The notes under the pieces were generated by a model that saw only the letters and a list, made by a program, of their open reading frames with translations, was not told the origin of the DNA and did no database searches. From NCBI RefSeq assembly GCF_000150275.1, contig NW_002060945.1:4637397-4701396 (forward strand): a stretch of DNA of 64,000 nt, given 5' to 3'. Below, piece by piece: positions 14,639 through 28,334 of the stretch (positions within the stretch are counted from its first letter, which is position 1; each line of letters starts with the position of its first letter). Made by a program: the position numbers and the translations under genes. The stretch is from Trichoplax adhaerens (taxonomy: Eukaryota; Animalia; Placozoa).

Positions 14639-17600
14639 TAAATAAGAATGCTATTATTTTTACTGTATAATTTTAAAAATCTGTATTGACCATGACCTTG
14701 ATACCCAGTTGACGTCAATGTCATTTGAATTATTGTGTTTACAGTATGGTGAATGCATCCTCATATTTAGTGTATATACTATGTAGCTAGTTTAAACGAT
14801 GACGTCAATGATACCACATGCTGAGTATTGACTTAGTTCGGGAGGAAAATAAGTTCTATGCCATTTTTTGAAATTTCGTCTGTTCGAGTTATCGCTACAA
14901 AGTAATTATTGAATTTTGACTATGACTCAGACTTTGACCTTCTACTAGTTAACTTTTATGTAGTATTATGCGATCAAATGTTACTTACTGTATGTCCTAA
15001 TTTAAGAGACAATAATAAAAATACCTTGAGTACATTGTACATAAAATATCTTGTATTTTAGACTTAAACAAAATCACATATTTACTATCGGGATTGTTTC
15101 GTATTAGTCGTACGCTTGCTAGTATACATAAATAAAATGCAATTAACTATTAAAAAATAATTGGATGAAAATCGAAGGTCATGTTTTCTTGCGGAAGTAA
15201 ATAAATTTTTTATCGAGATCTTAATTCTAAAGTAATCATTGTGTGATGGTAAAGATATACAGAGCATTTTAATTTGCTTCTATCAAGTTCTGCTTCTACC
15301 TCTCGAATAATAAGAATTTGAATTCAGTATGGGAGCTTTAATCAAACTGAATAATGAATTCTTACTAAAACCTTAAAAGCAAATAATCGTTCGATTATTA
15401 TGATGATGATGCTATATTACTATATTGATTTAATTTTACTATTAGCTAGATATACTAACCACTACTAGCTTTAATAAGAATATTTTTCTGCTATAATATT
15501 ATAATGCTATCTAAACTAATTTGATAAAGTAGGCTTAATATAATTGATTCTGAAGCGAATTACATAAAGTCTCATTGATATAACTTTAATATGATTAGCG
15601 TTGCTATTATTGTGTATTTTTTTCTGATTTTTTTTATACTGTATTTTACGACTATTAATTATGGTGCATACAATAAAGCTCTCCATCGTAATTAAAATAT
15701 TCGAATTTGGTAACAATTTGTACTCACAAATAAACTATACTGTAAATACAATGCTTTACGTATTAATTAATTATCATGACAGAGCAAAATACCATATGAA
15801 AGTAACAGCTGATCATATTTGAACATTTTACTTACTATAAGCAAAATGTACACAACCGCCACGAAATAGAGTAAAAATTGGTGAACCGAACATTACTATC
15901 AACTACTAATTCTACTTAAGTAAACACTGTGAATCAATTGAGGAATTTTATACTGAATCATATAATTTAGGAATTACGTTAATGATCTAATATTAGATAA
16001 TAACTCATTTTTATCAGAAATTTTACTTTCAATGGATGTGTATTTAATTCGATCAAATTTACAGCCTAATGATGATTAAAATAATTGGTAAATACAAAAT
16101 AATCTCATTGTTTACGAAAAATACTCATCAACTGAATAATTTTCCAGCTTATACTCTGACTGTCACAAGTCAAAGAGAGACAAGAAAGAAATGTGAGACC
16201 AATGCTAACTGGATTTGATATGAAGTTAAATTACTATATATCGTATCATTTGATTTAATATCAATAATATCCCATAATTTGATCATTCAATACAACTTAT
16301 ATCACGACATATTGCAAACCTATTGCAAACAAATAATAACACATCATAGAAAGTGGATTAACATCAATAATGCAACATCATAAAGTGCATTTTTATTACT
16401 ATCTAATTTTATTCGACGAACGAGAGAACAATAGAGTGCATTTATATTATTCCTATAAATGAATTAACTCTTCTAGGAAACAACCTGTTCAATAGCACCA
16501 TCTTCGTTAAGCCTATAATTTAATCAACATCTTAAGATCCATTATTGTTTTAGTTCATGATGATACAATATTTCAGTAATGCGATTGATAAAACGATTAA
16601 GATCTCGTTCTAGATGATAATACGACATCATGAGTCCTACAGATGCTAGTCGGCATACAGTATTGCTCTTCATGGTTTATCTCCAAAGATTAGAAGTGTA
16701 TTTAGTTGACTACCAACAGATATAATAAATAATAATACAATTCGCTAAGAAATAGCCAATTGATTCTCAATATGACTGACAGCTTCCTCTAAGACACCGT
16801 ACTTGTGCAAATAAATTATGACAATGTTTAAGAGCAAATGATGATGAGCAAGCGAGGGAGAAATTCGTATACCGGTTCATCCTTGACTTTTAAATTTATT
16901 TTAACTTAATTAAATTGAACCTGTATTACTTGCATATCTAATATACAGTATAGCCAATACATAGTTTTAATTTAATAAAGCTTTTGATCTTTTTAATAAA
17001 AGGGAATAATCAATCACATTGGTTGACCAAAAAACTATAAAGGGATTTAAAATGTTAATCCATGTTATCTTATAATAATTACAGTAATAAAATATCGCAT
17101 TAGAGATAAGTAGTAAATGTTAAATGTCAATTGCTAAACAATTTTAATATGGAATTGAAGTACTTACTATAATATGATATCAGTAGTATAATTAACAAAA
17201 AAGTGTCTGTCATGTGTGGTACTTATATTAGAAGGATAATGACATCACCATAGTTTCTGATTTCATATCTTGATAGCTTGTAGTCAAAGGTGGCATTAGA
17301 ACATTTTCAATATTACTCCATACGACCGTTACGATCTCAAATTAGAGCATACAATATTTCTTGTAACCACCTAATTAGAGTTCCACGCACGGTTGTAAAA
17401 TGAGCTATACCTTTAGTATTGTATATATATATATAGTGTTACTATAGCTATAGATAAATGCTAAATTTATATAATTATCAGTCTCCGATAACCATCAGTA
17501 TCATAAATAAAACTGTAAAAGTAATCCAAAACTATGGATATTTGTATCTTCATTGCTTAATCAAAGCCAACTAAAGCTTGATTACAGTTACGGTTAATCA

Positions 17601-20429
17601 TGATAAATTTCGATTCGCTAAAAACTGGTAAAGCCTGAATTATTTCCGCCCAGGCGATTATTCGGATGTCATATCATGCCGCAATTTTAGTCCAGCATGG
17701 CTTAAGTATCACTAGAAGTGCACTAATATAATCAATTAGCTAATAAAAGTATTTATTCTTGATTTATCATGTAACTTTATTATTAATAAACTATTCCATA
17801 ACAGCAATGCTATCTTTAAATACCTTTGATCTGTTCAGGCCTAGTTATGTAAGTTAAGTACGTATAACCGGTTTTTAGTTCCGTTATGATTTCGATTATT
17901 TCAACTATAAGTGTTATGACAATTTTTTTGATGACTCATACCATCATGAGAAGCAATATTTTCATACTAACAAGTAATCAGTAAAATTTTTTAAGTTTCT
18001 TAATTACTGTCTCTATATAACTTTATATCAAATATTGAATATTTATTGTTATTCGTGTCAGCAGACTTTTATTTATACTGTACAGATGCGTATTGATATA
18101 TTTTTCTGTAATGCGAGGATTTAAGCTTATAACAATATAAATGTTATATACAATTAAATGCACTCATGTTTATATTTTTTATTTATGCTTAAATCCTGTT
18201 TATCATTCTTACACGAACTGATTACGGTAAATATATGCCTATAATTGACTGCCATAATACAGTAGTTAATACCTTTGCACAGCCAGACAAGATTTACAAC
18301 TAACTAATAAGCAAAATAGTGCATCTTAATTGCACAAATATAAAACTGAAATTTATTGTCAAAGATGACGTCATAATAATTTTTATTAAGCGTCGAGATT
18401 TATCCATGACAGCGCACCTTTGAAAATGATTGTAAGCCAAATTCTACCTATCGAAATTTAAAGTAATGACCGAGGATTTCTAGCATAATGTCAACGGTAT
18501 GATATATCGATTGCTTTAAAGAGTAGTAGTTTTATTACCACTCTATATCATAGGCGGATAAGATTTCCGAGATTTAACAATGGGCTTCTAGTGAGCTGTA
18601 AGATAAATCGATCAATAAATCTTTAATAAGATGACTATGCAAGTACAAAGGTTATCAATTTAGGGGCAAACTTCAAGTTAAGAAGTTTTCTTTTTATTTA
18701 CAGAAGCAAATAAACTTGTACCTGGTTGAATCTAATATTGATGAGCTCACGACGATGTAAAAAGTAATTATCTAGCTCTGATGATGCAAAAATGATAGCT
18801 GGATAATCAATTTTTTGTATCATCGTGGTCAGTTCCATGACTAGTCTAGTTATATCAAGAAAATTATAAAAATGTTGTTATAAAATATTCTCAGATTGAG
18901 GTCATTGAGACAGACGATTTGTGCATGTGTGCAACGCGTACATTATGCATGCATAATTGCATGGTAACTTTTAACGTAAACGTTTATCGAGTAATATTCA
19001 AACATTTTCTATGTATTGCAGTCATCTGAGATGAATCTAGCTAATACAGCTAAGGCATTGCCTGGAGAAAAATACGATGCCGTATCAGTAGCAATGAATT
19101 GCACAAGATGCATTATATTGCAGTTCACTACATACTGTAAGATATTGTACATAAAAGGCAGCTCAAGTTTTGCTTTAAATAAGCGAACTTAAAATTTTAA
19201 CACTTGTACATCATATTATTTTAAACAAATTTCAGACGTTATCTAGCTATGCGTCGTTTCCATCCTAAAGCCGCAATCCAACAGCTAAAAACATTATGGC
19301 TGTTGTTATGTTTGTACATGTAGCCTGATGCTGAACACGTTCAGATAGATACTACTCGTAATTTCTGACTCATCCCTCTTTCTCCCAACACTCACGTTCT
19401 GTGCCAACTTTATGATTTAAACGGCGTCATTACATCCTTACATTAGTTACCTACTAAATTACAATGTTTTTATCACTATGATTCACAATAGAAATCATGT
19501 TCCGTTGGCTGTTACAATAGTTTAGTATTATCACAAACAGACAACGGAAATTAAGTAGACAAAAGCAGCCGAATAATTGCTATTTTGTTTCCTTTACTTC
19601 ATGTACGTAATATTGCTCCATAGCAGGCATTCTATACATCCCGTAACTGGTAAACAGGAAAGATTTAACGCTTTAATGCTAAGGTATAGTCCAAAATATC
19701 GCTGATGTAAATGATTCATAAATATATACTGGTATTATTGTATTTTTTCTGAAATTGCAACATTGCATAAGAATTTTCGAAAGTGTAAAAACGAAAATAA
19801 AATCATAGATATAGTACTTTCTCCCTATTTTTCTTAAAAACTATTAAGTACATGATATATATTACCACTTTTATTCCCTTATTTATTCTGCTGACAGTCT
19901 TAATCATGCTAACGCTGCATATTGCATTGAAAAGGATACTACGGAAATAATAAATAAATCTAGCGTAATAAATAATAACATGATGTAACCCATTCATGTT
20001 ATTTAGAAAATATCTAAGAGCTAAATAATGAGCGAGTTTATTATTGATAATGACCATTGTAAAAAAGGGTAGACCAACCAAACACTTGGTGACATTCACC
20101 AGACACAACATTATATTGACTTAATGTTTACGGCGCCTTTGCTTGTCAAAGTCAAATGTCGTCATTACAACTTTTGAAGGTCGACAATATGTATCAAAAA
20201 ATATTATATTACATTACGTCAGGTTTCACCTCCGGAATCCCCCGATTGAATATTTCAGTTATTAATGTACTCTGACCTTACGCTGTACTTATTAGTCTGT
20301 ACAAATATTGCTTTTCTTTTGCCTTTCTGCTGTACTTGTTAAACGTAATAACTCTGAAATACGCGTAGAATACTGAAGGCGTATTCATACGAGGTCGCTG
20401 TCCAAAAAAATATTTTTAGGCTGCACGGA

Positions 20430-20960
20430 CACTATACTGTACTGTCGCCGAGTTTTGCAAAAGGATATGCTGCAGACAACCTGCATGAAAACTGACAAGC
20501 ATCAAAGTTCTTCCTTTTTGCGGAACTCTGCACTATACAGTAAATACTATTTGTAGAGTGTTCAGTACAGTATAGTGCTACCGTTATAGTGTACTTTCCC
20601 AATGTACAGTACAGTCCAATTTGCTATTATGAACCTGAATAATCGTGATTTTGGATTCGTGATTCTCACAAGGGAAAGAAATTCCTAGAGATGTAAATTA
20701 TTCTCGCTAAAAATCCATATTCAGGGGAATTTCAATTGAAAGTGAAATCGCTACACTTACTATAGCCATATTTAGTAACTACTATACGCTGTACAGTACG
20801 TACATACACTGACCGCTACGCGCTCAACTTGGGAACAAGTCACATTAGTCGTCGCCAAATCAAGTTGAACGACGTGAAATAACGCTAGAGCACTGTACAG
20901 TACTGTAATTTAACACCGCTAGGATACAGTACACTGTACTGTACACTACTGTACAGTACT
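20430..20960. promoter_or_regulatory. TACAG/CTGTA array cluster with no assigned gene (orphan promoter-like region)
   Basis: Several tactgtactg and tacagtacagt palindromes at 20431-20444, 20600-20615, 20790-20800 and 20892-20960, flanking CpG-richer DNA. Confidence 0.45.
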
Positions 20961-21479
20961 GATCTGAGGGGCTGATGACGTTAGTGCTATGGGAATGAGT
21001 AACAAGTATAAAGGGAAGTCCTTAGCATTGCGCACGCGTCGTTACATAACTGGTTGCGAAATCCGGTTCATGCTAGTACTGTCTGGAAGTACCCATATAC
21101 GCGTCTAGTACTGTATTCTCAATATAGTATACAGAACGTATTCCGACTGGTTTTGGGCCATTATTGAATAGGTAATGTAATTATGTTATAACCATTTTCT
21201 CGTAAACCGATGACCATCATAATGCACATCAGTTAATATCATTATAAGGACATTATCATGATAATTCAAAGGTTTTCATTGAAGCATTGTACTGTACTTA
21301 TTTTGAAAACTATTGGCTAAGAAAACTAAGTAAATACATTCCATAGATATTTCTCTGCTGACAAAACTGTACAAGTGATAACTCTTGATAGAGACCAGAA
21401 TCAAGGTACTGTATTATAATTTATAGTGTAGCTCTGTACAATGCGATTAACGTCAGGAGGTATTAGTCTGAACTGGACA

Positions 21480-22170
21480 CTAACTGTAGTGTACAGTACA
21501 GTACTATATCAGTGCCGTTGGGATAGATATCTTGCTTTCATCGATATTTGTGCTTTGATGCACTGTTCAGTGTTTTTTCTTGATAATATTTTCACTGTTC
21601 GGCTTCCGTATGCTACGCAGCCTACGCTAATGCCCAAGGTACAGTATGTCCCTATTAGTGTCAACAAAAGATAAAAGTCTAAAATAATTTTATAGTCAAA
21701 TTGTTTACTGTATGACCCAAAATTTTGTTTTGACTACGTACAGTACAGTACGTGCTGTTTGTACTGTAGCGATCAACACTGGATGCAGTACAATATGAAC
21801 ATTCCTCATTTGGATGAAGTTCAAAACAATTGTAGTGCATCACAATCAAAACTATCCATATATTAATAATTAATTATTCATTAATTATATCAAACTATAC
21901 AGTACATACAGTACAGTCTGTACTGTACACTGTACAGTTTGATATGGTGCAGTACTGCTGTTAATAGTAATAATAATAATAATAATAATAAATACGGTCA
22001 TTATACTGTACTAAAATGAACAGAGAGGATCTAAAAATAGTCTAAGCGGTAAACACCCTTACCAACGCTGTACTGCGCATAAAGTATATAAGATAAAGTG
22101 TCGCTAAAATTCAGGCATTTTGCTCACAGTGGACCTACTGATTCTTCGGAAAGAAGTACTACTGTACCGT
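21480..22170 (+). promoter_or_regulatory. Promoter region of the MCL1-like gene: TACAG/CTGTA arrays, TATA-like element, non-coding first exon
   Basis: Arrays at 21483-21506, 21737-21768 and 21897-21937. TATATAA at about 22086. A donor GTAAGT at 22186 and an acceptor ttttctag at 22393 suggest a 5'UTR intron. Confidence 0.55.
21968..21991. repeat. (TAA)8 microsatellite
   Basis: Read directly from the sequence. Confidence 0.85.
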
Positions 22171-22494
22171 CAATTGATTCTACTTGTAAGTGTTTCTATG
22201 TACAACATACTCATTAATAGACAGTTACTAGCGTTTTCTTCGTTACGCAGTGAAAATTGAAATAAATGGTTCTATAGATCTCTGCGACTATAAAAATTAA
22301 GGATCGCCCAATTCGATATGTTAACGCTATTTCATATCGAGCAATCCTGCCGTTGGTGTATTATACTGTACAGTCAATAATTTCATTTTCTAGCGATAAC
22401 GTTTGTATTAATTTTTGGATTATATACGATCTTTGAACTGAAGGTTAACGTATAAAGAAGGAAATTGGAAATTACATTACTAAGAAGGCAAGGA

Positions 22495-25132
22495 ATGTCT
22501 CCTGAACGCGAAAAAATGGTAGAAACTAACATAGCAAACTCAGAAAGTACGGAAAATTACGCTAACGGTACGTCCTATTTGCAACCCGTAAATGACGAAG
22601 AAATGTGTCGAGAATCGAGACAGTTAGCGTATGATTTTGTCTATGAAGTCGTTGGTGAGAAGAACCCTGTATCTTATATTCGTAAAAGATCTTCTAGTCG
22701 CTGTATCAAGAAATTAAATCGCATGACAAAGGTCATGTTAGAGCGTCACGATATCCCATTTAAAAGTGCTTGTACGAAGATGAAACTAAGTAAAGATGCT
22801 CCAGTAAGAAGAATGCTGCAATCGATTGCTGCTGAAATGTTCCGTAATGGCTGCAACTGGGGACGTATAACTGCATTATTTGCCTTATGTCGAAAACTTG
22901 CAATCAATAGTAAAGAGCTTGGATATTACGACATCATATACAAAATAGCAGGATGTTTGGCTGATATATTAACTGGACAACTACATAGTTGGATCGCTGC
23001 CAAGGGAGGCTGGGTATGTGTAATTAGAGCTATTATATTCACTTTTTACGTTACATTTTTAACATTTTTAACATTTTCAAATCGCCTTGAGGACTACGGT
23101 AGACGGAAAAATGATTATCGTACGGATTTATACTTTATAATTTGGCTATTCTTTACTTCATACAGTATCCCACTTTCAGTCAAACGTTATTTCATTTAAT
23201 ATAAAAATTTTAACATTTTTATCTTTACGTATCTTTACGAGTAATATTATCGGTAAATCTGGGCATTAGTGCAGATGTAAAATCTGTACTTTAAGTATAT
23301 TCCTTATTCAAGACTTTTTACACACACGGCGCCCGCCTTTTAATAAGAAGAGATAATCTTTCTGATTTTCGGTTGCGTAATAAATGCCTTGGATTCTCCG
23401 TTAATTAATAAACTGCAGTTTGACAGACAGTATTAAACAGCATACGATAAAAGCTATTCTTGGATAATTTTCGGTTCGTGGGGAACAGAAAATTAACCAA
23501 ATTAACTTTCGTTTATATTGCACTTGGATCTATCAACGTAAACCGAACGTGTTTGACCCTTCGAATGATTCAAACATGATGGAGACTTGTACGATCGATA
23601 TAGACACTTTTATGAATTTGTTATTTTATATTCGGTAGCGTATATTTATAAGATTAAAATTGGAACTGTCTAAGGTAGAAAAGTGAGCAAACAAAAAATT
23701 GTTACGATTCAAATTTTTCACTGAGACTAGTGTTGTACGTCGGTCTTCCAAGAGAATCAATATTTTTTTAAACTCAACTTCATTTTCTCGGTTTTTAATA
23801 TACACCCACAATAGTTTCGAGCGTTGGAGCGCATTTATATATATGCTTTACTACAAACGAGTGATTAATGACGTTTAAAATGAAGATCGCATCTGAGCTA
23901 GTTTGTGATCATAATTTACGTATGTTATGTCCGCTCGTTTCATTAATACATTATATACAGTACTGAACAGAATATTATTTTAAATCGAGATATTCCTAAA
24001 TTTATTGCTCAACCTCCTTAGTTTGGCTTTTCACCATCTTGCGTTTAGGATTATTGTACAAAAACCCTCATACCGTTTATTTCTTCGGTTGACCGTTATT
24101 TTCCACAATGTCTTTTAGTCGCTTTTTAGTAAGCTAGATGTCATGTTTAGTGCACACAAAGGCAACGCATTTAGCTATTGTTACGGCGTATAATAGTTGA
24201 AAGGATTTTGTAGACATGCTATTATGGTCTTGATTAACGCTAACGCTTTAGGCTGACGGCTATATTAGGCTATGTACTGTACAGTACGTTCATATTTATT
24301 ACGCTACAGTACTTGCTGGCGGTCACGAGTGTCTCACGACTGTACGAATATTTATTTGCCTAATATAGAAATAACGACAGAGTATAGCAAGTACTATACA
24401 TGCATGTAGTAGTATGATCCTGTTTACGTCTTCAATTTTTTAACTGTAAGTCGACTTAATTTATGTTGATCATTTAGTAATGATTATTGCATTGTTGCAT
24501 GTGATCATCCGTTTATTTTCGGTACATCGCGCTCTGATACTTTTCCGTGATTTGAATCGGAAAACTTCGGCTCCGATTGTATAGCAGCTTACCTTAGTGA
24601 AAGCGTTAATCTAACATGAAACCTCGAGTTCACGGGCCATGATATGATGCAATATGAAAAACTAAGGAATGATTTTTAATTTAACTGAATACAGTACTGT
24701 ACAGTATAATTTCTTTGAAGTTACCGAAAATAAAAATTAATTTATAGTTAAATTGAATCTTAAGAAATTTCCTTGAGAGATTCAAGCGACCATACAGTAG
24801 TACATTAATTATATCACTGCATTGGAATAACAGAATACGAAGCAGGTTGACGGGTCTCATTTTTTGCAGCAGTTCTAATTCTAGCCACTACTGTCACTAT
24901 TTTTATCATAGGGCGCTAGTAATATAGAACATATTAAATAGCTCTTGATATAGTAAAGTACTTTGATAACTTATATATATGTATATTTTTATTGATTTTC
25001 CAGGATGAGTACGTGAGCTACTTTAGAGATACAGAAGATGTACAAGAAGATGCAAAAAAATTTCTTATGTATACTACTTTAGCCCTCACGGCTTCTTTTG
25101 CAGTGGCGCTTGCAGTGTGGGAAAGATGGTGA
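22495..25132 (+). CDS. MCL1: Bcl-2 family protein, MCL1-like (215 aa; coding exons 22495-23013 and 25004-25132)
   Basis: BH1 reads EMFRNGCNWGRITALF. BH2 reads WIAAKGGW^DEYVSYF, split by the phase-0 intron typical of the family. The C-terminal TM anchor reads FLMYTTLALTASFAVALAVWERW. DEEMCRESRQLAYDFV and ERHDIPFKSACTKMKL resemble MCL1 (DELYRQSLEIISRYL, RNHETAFQGMLRKLDI). The family call is secure; exact MCL1 orthology is inferred. Confidence 0.85.
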
Positions 25133-26159
25133 TTGTGAATGGGCTTGACTATGTTACATAACAATTGCTATTTAAAGGTGGTTTCAAGAGACTATATGAA
25201 TTATCTACAGCTGGATTACCTTGTGCAATGCAGCCGAAATTTATTTTAATTTTATAAATGATTAACAATTTTCATTTTACCGGATGAACTCAAGTTAAAT
25301 CGCTCCAAGTGTGGTACAACGATAGATTATCCGATGAACTCTTATTAATGATTTAGATTTCGTACTGACGTTTTAAAGAGTCCAATACGAAATCTAAATC
25401 ATAGTTATAGGCATGTCGAAAATGATCATTGACTGTCTATGGATCTATACTGGTGAAAGTCATGTCACCAGCTGTTCACAAGAATTTACAATAATACAAC
25501 GATGGACAGTTAATTTCTGTATGTTTTTGATAATAACCGTATTAGAGAGTCTTTACTTGAATCCGTATAATAATTAAAAGGTTGCTAATGTATCATACTC
25601 TCAACGGTAATATCGCATCGGCAGTTTAACTGTATGCGAATTTTTTCCGTGATAAAAGTGTACAATATAACGTCCAGTTTCTTCGTTCTTAAACCAAATT
25701 TAACCTTAACTTATTATAAATTATAGCATGGTTGTTAATTATCATTTGCTATCAAGCCATACAATAGCGGCCTCTCAAGAGAAATTTGATTCATTGCTAA
25801 CTATTATTAGCACTGAATTACTTACTCTAAATCATATAGATATATCTATCTATATGTACCTGGTATAGGCTAGCAGATACTGCCTATGTAGCGTTTAACG
25901 AAGGCAGGCAGTGTGGTGATAAGCTATATTGTATCACCTGTACTGTAGATGAGAATTTAATCACGCATTGTACAAATTGTAATGCTGTTACACAAATCTT
26001 CACGAGCATTCTAAAAAGGTGTAAGCTTCAACTCAAAAACTAATGAAATAAATAAAATTAAAAATTTAAGATTGGTGTTGTAGTGTTAATTGGTACTAAA
26101 ATGTCTTAAACTCGTTCGCTACCCTTTAATCGTCATTAGAGATAATCAAATGACGTATG

Positions 26160-27110
26160 AACTATACTGTACACGTGTACAGTAGTCTCCGGCATTTTGT
26201 AGTTCTATTTTACTACCTATTATTGAAACTGCTCTCTGCGTTCAAAAACCTAGGCAGTAACATATAATTACAAAATGTTGAAGACTACTGTACACAGTAC
26301 AGTATATATGATTACAAGCAGTTTTTCATTTAGCTCTTGTACTCGTACATTTATGCTGAATGTCAGTCCTAGCTGAATTACATACATTACAGTACTCGTG
26401 TGTTGCATCGTTATGTTACGTTTATTACTCAATTACTATACCGTACAGTACAATGTACAGTACACGCACACTGCACGCGTACAGCATACTGTACAGTACA
26501 GTATAAAGCACTGTGGTACGGTACAGTACAGTACTGTAAGTTTCGTGCTAAAATTAGCTATGACAACGGAGTTTGCGGTGATAACCGACGTGTCGCTTCT
26601 GGTTTAATATTATAATTTTAAAACTTAAAGGAAATATCATTGAGGCTTTCCTTTATCAGAGACTGATCCCTGATTTTACCAGACGGGAAAATCGATAATG
26701 GGTTTTTGCTGTCGTCTAATTACTACGGCGACTTAGAAAAAGACTCCGCTTTTCAGTTTTAATTTAGGATCTTTTTATCAGTATTGGAAAAACACGGGTT
26801 ATTCGTGATTCCTAGTTGCTGACTTGGGTTATAACCCTTTGTTACAGCCTGTTATTTGATTTAGGTTGTACTTTTGTAGTGAATTCTTGGGTTATTTGAC
26901 CGAGGTTATAACACTCGCTTTTTATACCTTTATAAATTCGGCTCACTGGGCTTGGTTAAGTGCCCATACGCAGCTTGCATGTACAGTACAGTACTGTACA
27001 GTATCAAAGCCAAAAGCTACACTACATGTACAGTACTGTACTGTACTGTACAGTACTATACACTGTACACATTGTATTGTAGTGTACAGTACAGTACAGT
27101 ACAGTAGATA
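26160..27110 (+). promoter_or_regulatory. TACAG/CTGTA arrays upstream of the ZIP transporter
   Basis: Dense arrays at 26440-26540 and 26980-27106, about 250 bp before the ATG at 27356. Confidence 0.6.
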
Positions 27111-27355
27111 AAATTTTTTACCCCCAAAGTCAATAAAAGTCCGTAGTACTGTAGAAGTCGCATTATAATCTTGGAAATAGTTATCCGCGCGATCAATCTG
27201 ATGTCAATTGATGATATAACATGATTGTGTTTTAGATTATATTTTGAGAAATCTAGTTAAATTTTTTCTCCAGCTGTTTTAACCTAGTATATAATACTTA
27301 GGTTCTTACCGTAAACTAATTACTACATTATCATCAATTATAATATCTATCAAAA

Positions 27356-28334
27356 ATGGCAACTAACGAATTCAGCGGTGTGGCGGATACAGTGAAACCA
27401 ACCCGTATCCATGGCTCAGTAATAATATCCAAAGTAATTTTCGTCGTCATTTTGTTTATCCTAAGCTTCCTATTCGCTATTCTACCGCTGAAATTTAAAA
27501 ATTATTCAGCAAAAGCTAACCGCATTATTATCCACTATGGAAGTTGCGTATCATCTGGCGTCTTTCTAGGTACATGTTTACTTGTACTATTGCCGAATGT
27601 GGAGAATATATTAATGAACCGTTTCCATACACGATATCCATTGACTCACTTATTTGTTACTAGTGGTTTTCTATTGGCCATGTTCATCGAGCATTCAACT
27701 ACAAGCTGTATTGAAAAAATCATGTATCGCTACAAGTCTTATAGTCCTGCAAAGAGTGATCTAAATACTAAGAGAAAGCAAAAAACACTCCGAAACCCGG
27801 ATTCTCCTATCAACTATTCCGACGAATCGGATATGGAAGATAACTGGGATACGAAGCAACAGAACCGTCAATACAGGGGTCACCGTACTATAGGCATCAT
27901 ATTAAATATTATCTTATCATTTCATGGAATTTTCGAAGGTTTTACTATTGGATTATTCAATGATCGTGCTAACTTAACTACGCTGTATGTGGCTATCATG
28001 ATTCACAAGTTATTAGTCTCACTTGGATTGGGTATCAAGTTAGTACGAGAGTCTTTTCAATTGCGAGAAATTGTGATCTGTTCGTTGATTTTCTCGGCTA
28101 CGTCACCAATTGGAGCCGCTATTGCTATAAGTGCGAATACACATCAAAACATTCAAGGCAATATTGTAAGCGGTATCTGTATTGCAATTGCAACCGGAAC
28201 ATTTCTTTACATCACCTTCGTTGAGATGATACCTAAAGATCTAAATGAATCGAAATGGCAGAAGAATGCTAAACGTATTTTGTATAATCATGGGATTTGC
28301 ATTTATTGGTTGCATTACTTTATTCCTTATATAG
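27356..28334 (+). CDS. ZIP (SLC39A1/2/3-type) zinc transporter, intronless, with an apparent 1-nt insertion near 28253-28255. The uncorrected ORF runs to 28417.
   Basis: Motifs: SSGVFLGTCLLVLLP, YPLTHLFVTSGFLLAMFIE, TM4 LSFHGIFEGFTIG, TM5 IMIHKLLVSLGLG, FSATSPIG, IATGTFLYITFVEMIPKDL. TM8 (RMLNVFCIIMGFAFIGCITLFLI*) lies in the +1 frame and ends at TAG 28332-28334. Confidence 0.9.

Noticed and set aside
23014-23199. Hydrophobic tail of ORF 22465-23199 as the Bcl-2 TM anchor
   Set aside because: It is read-through into the intron after GGW|GTATGT. The true BH2 end and TM anchor are in exon 25004-25132.
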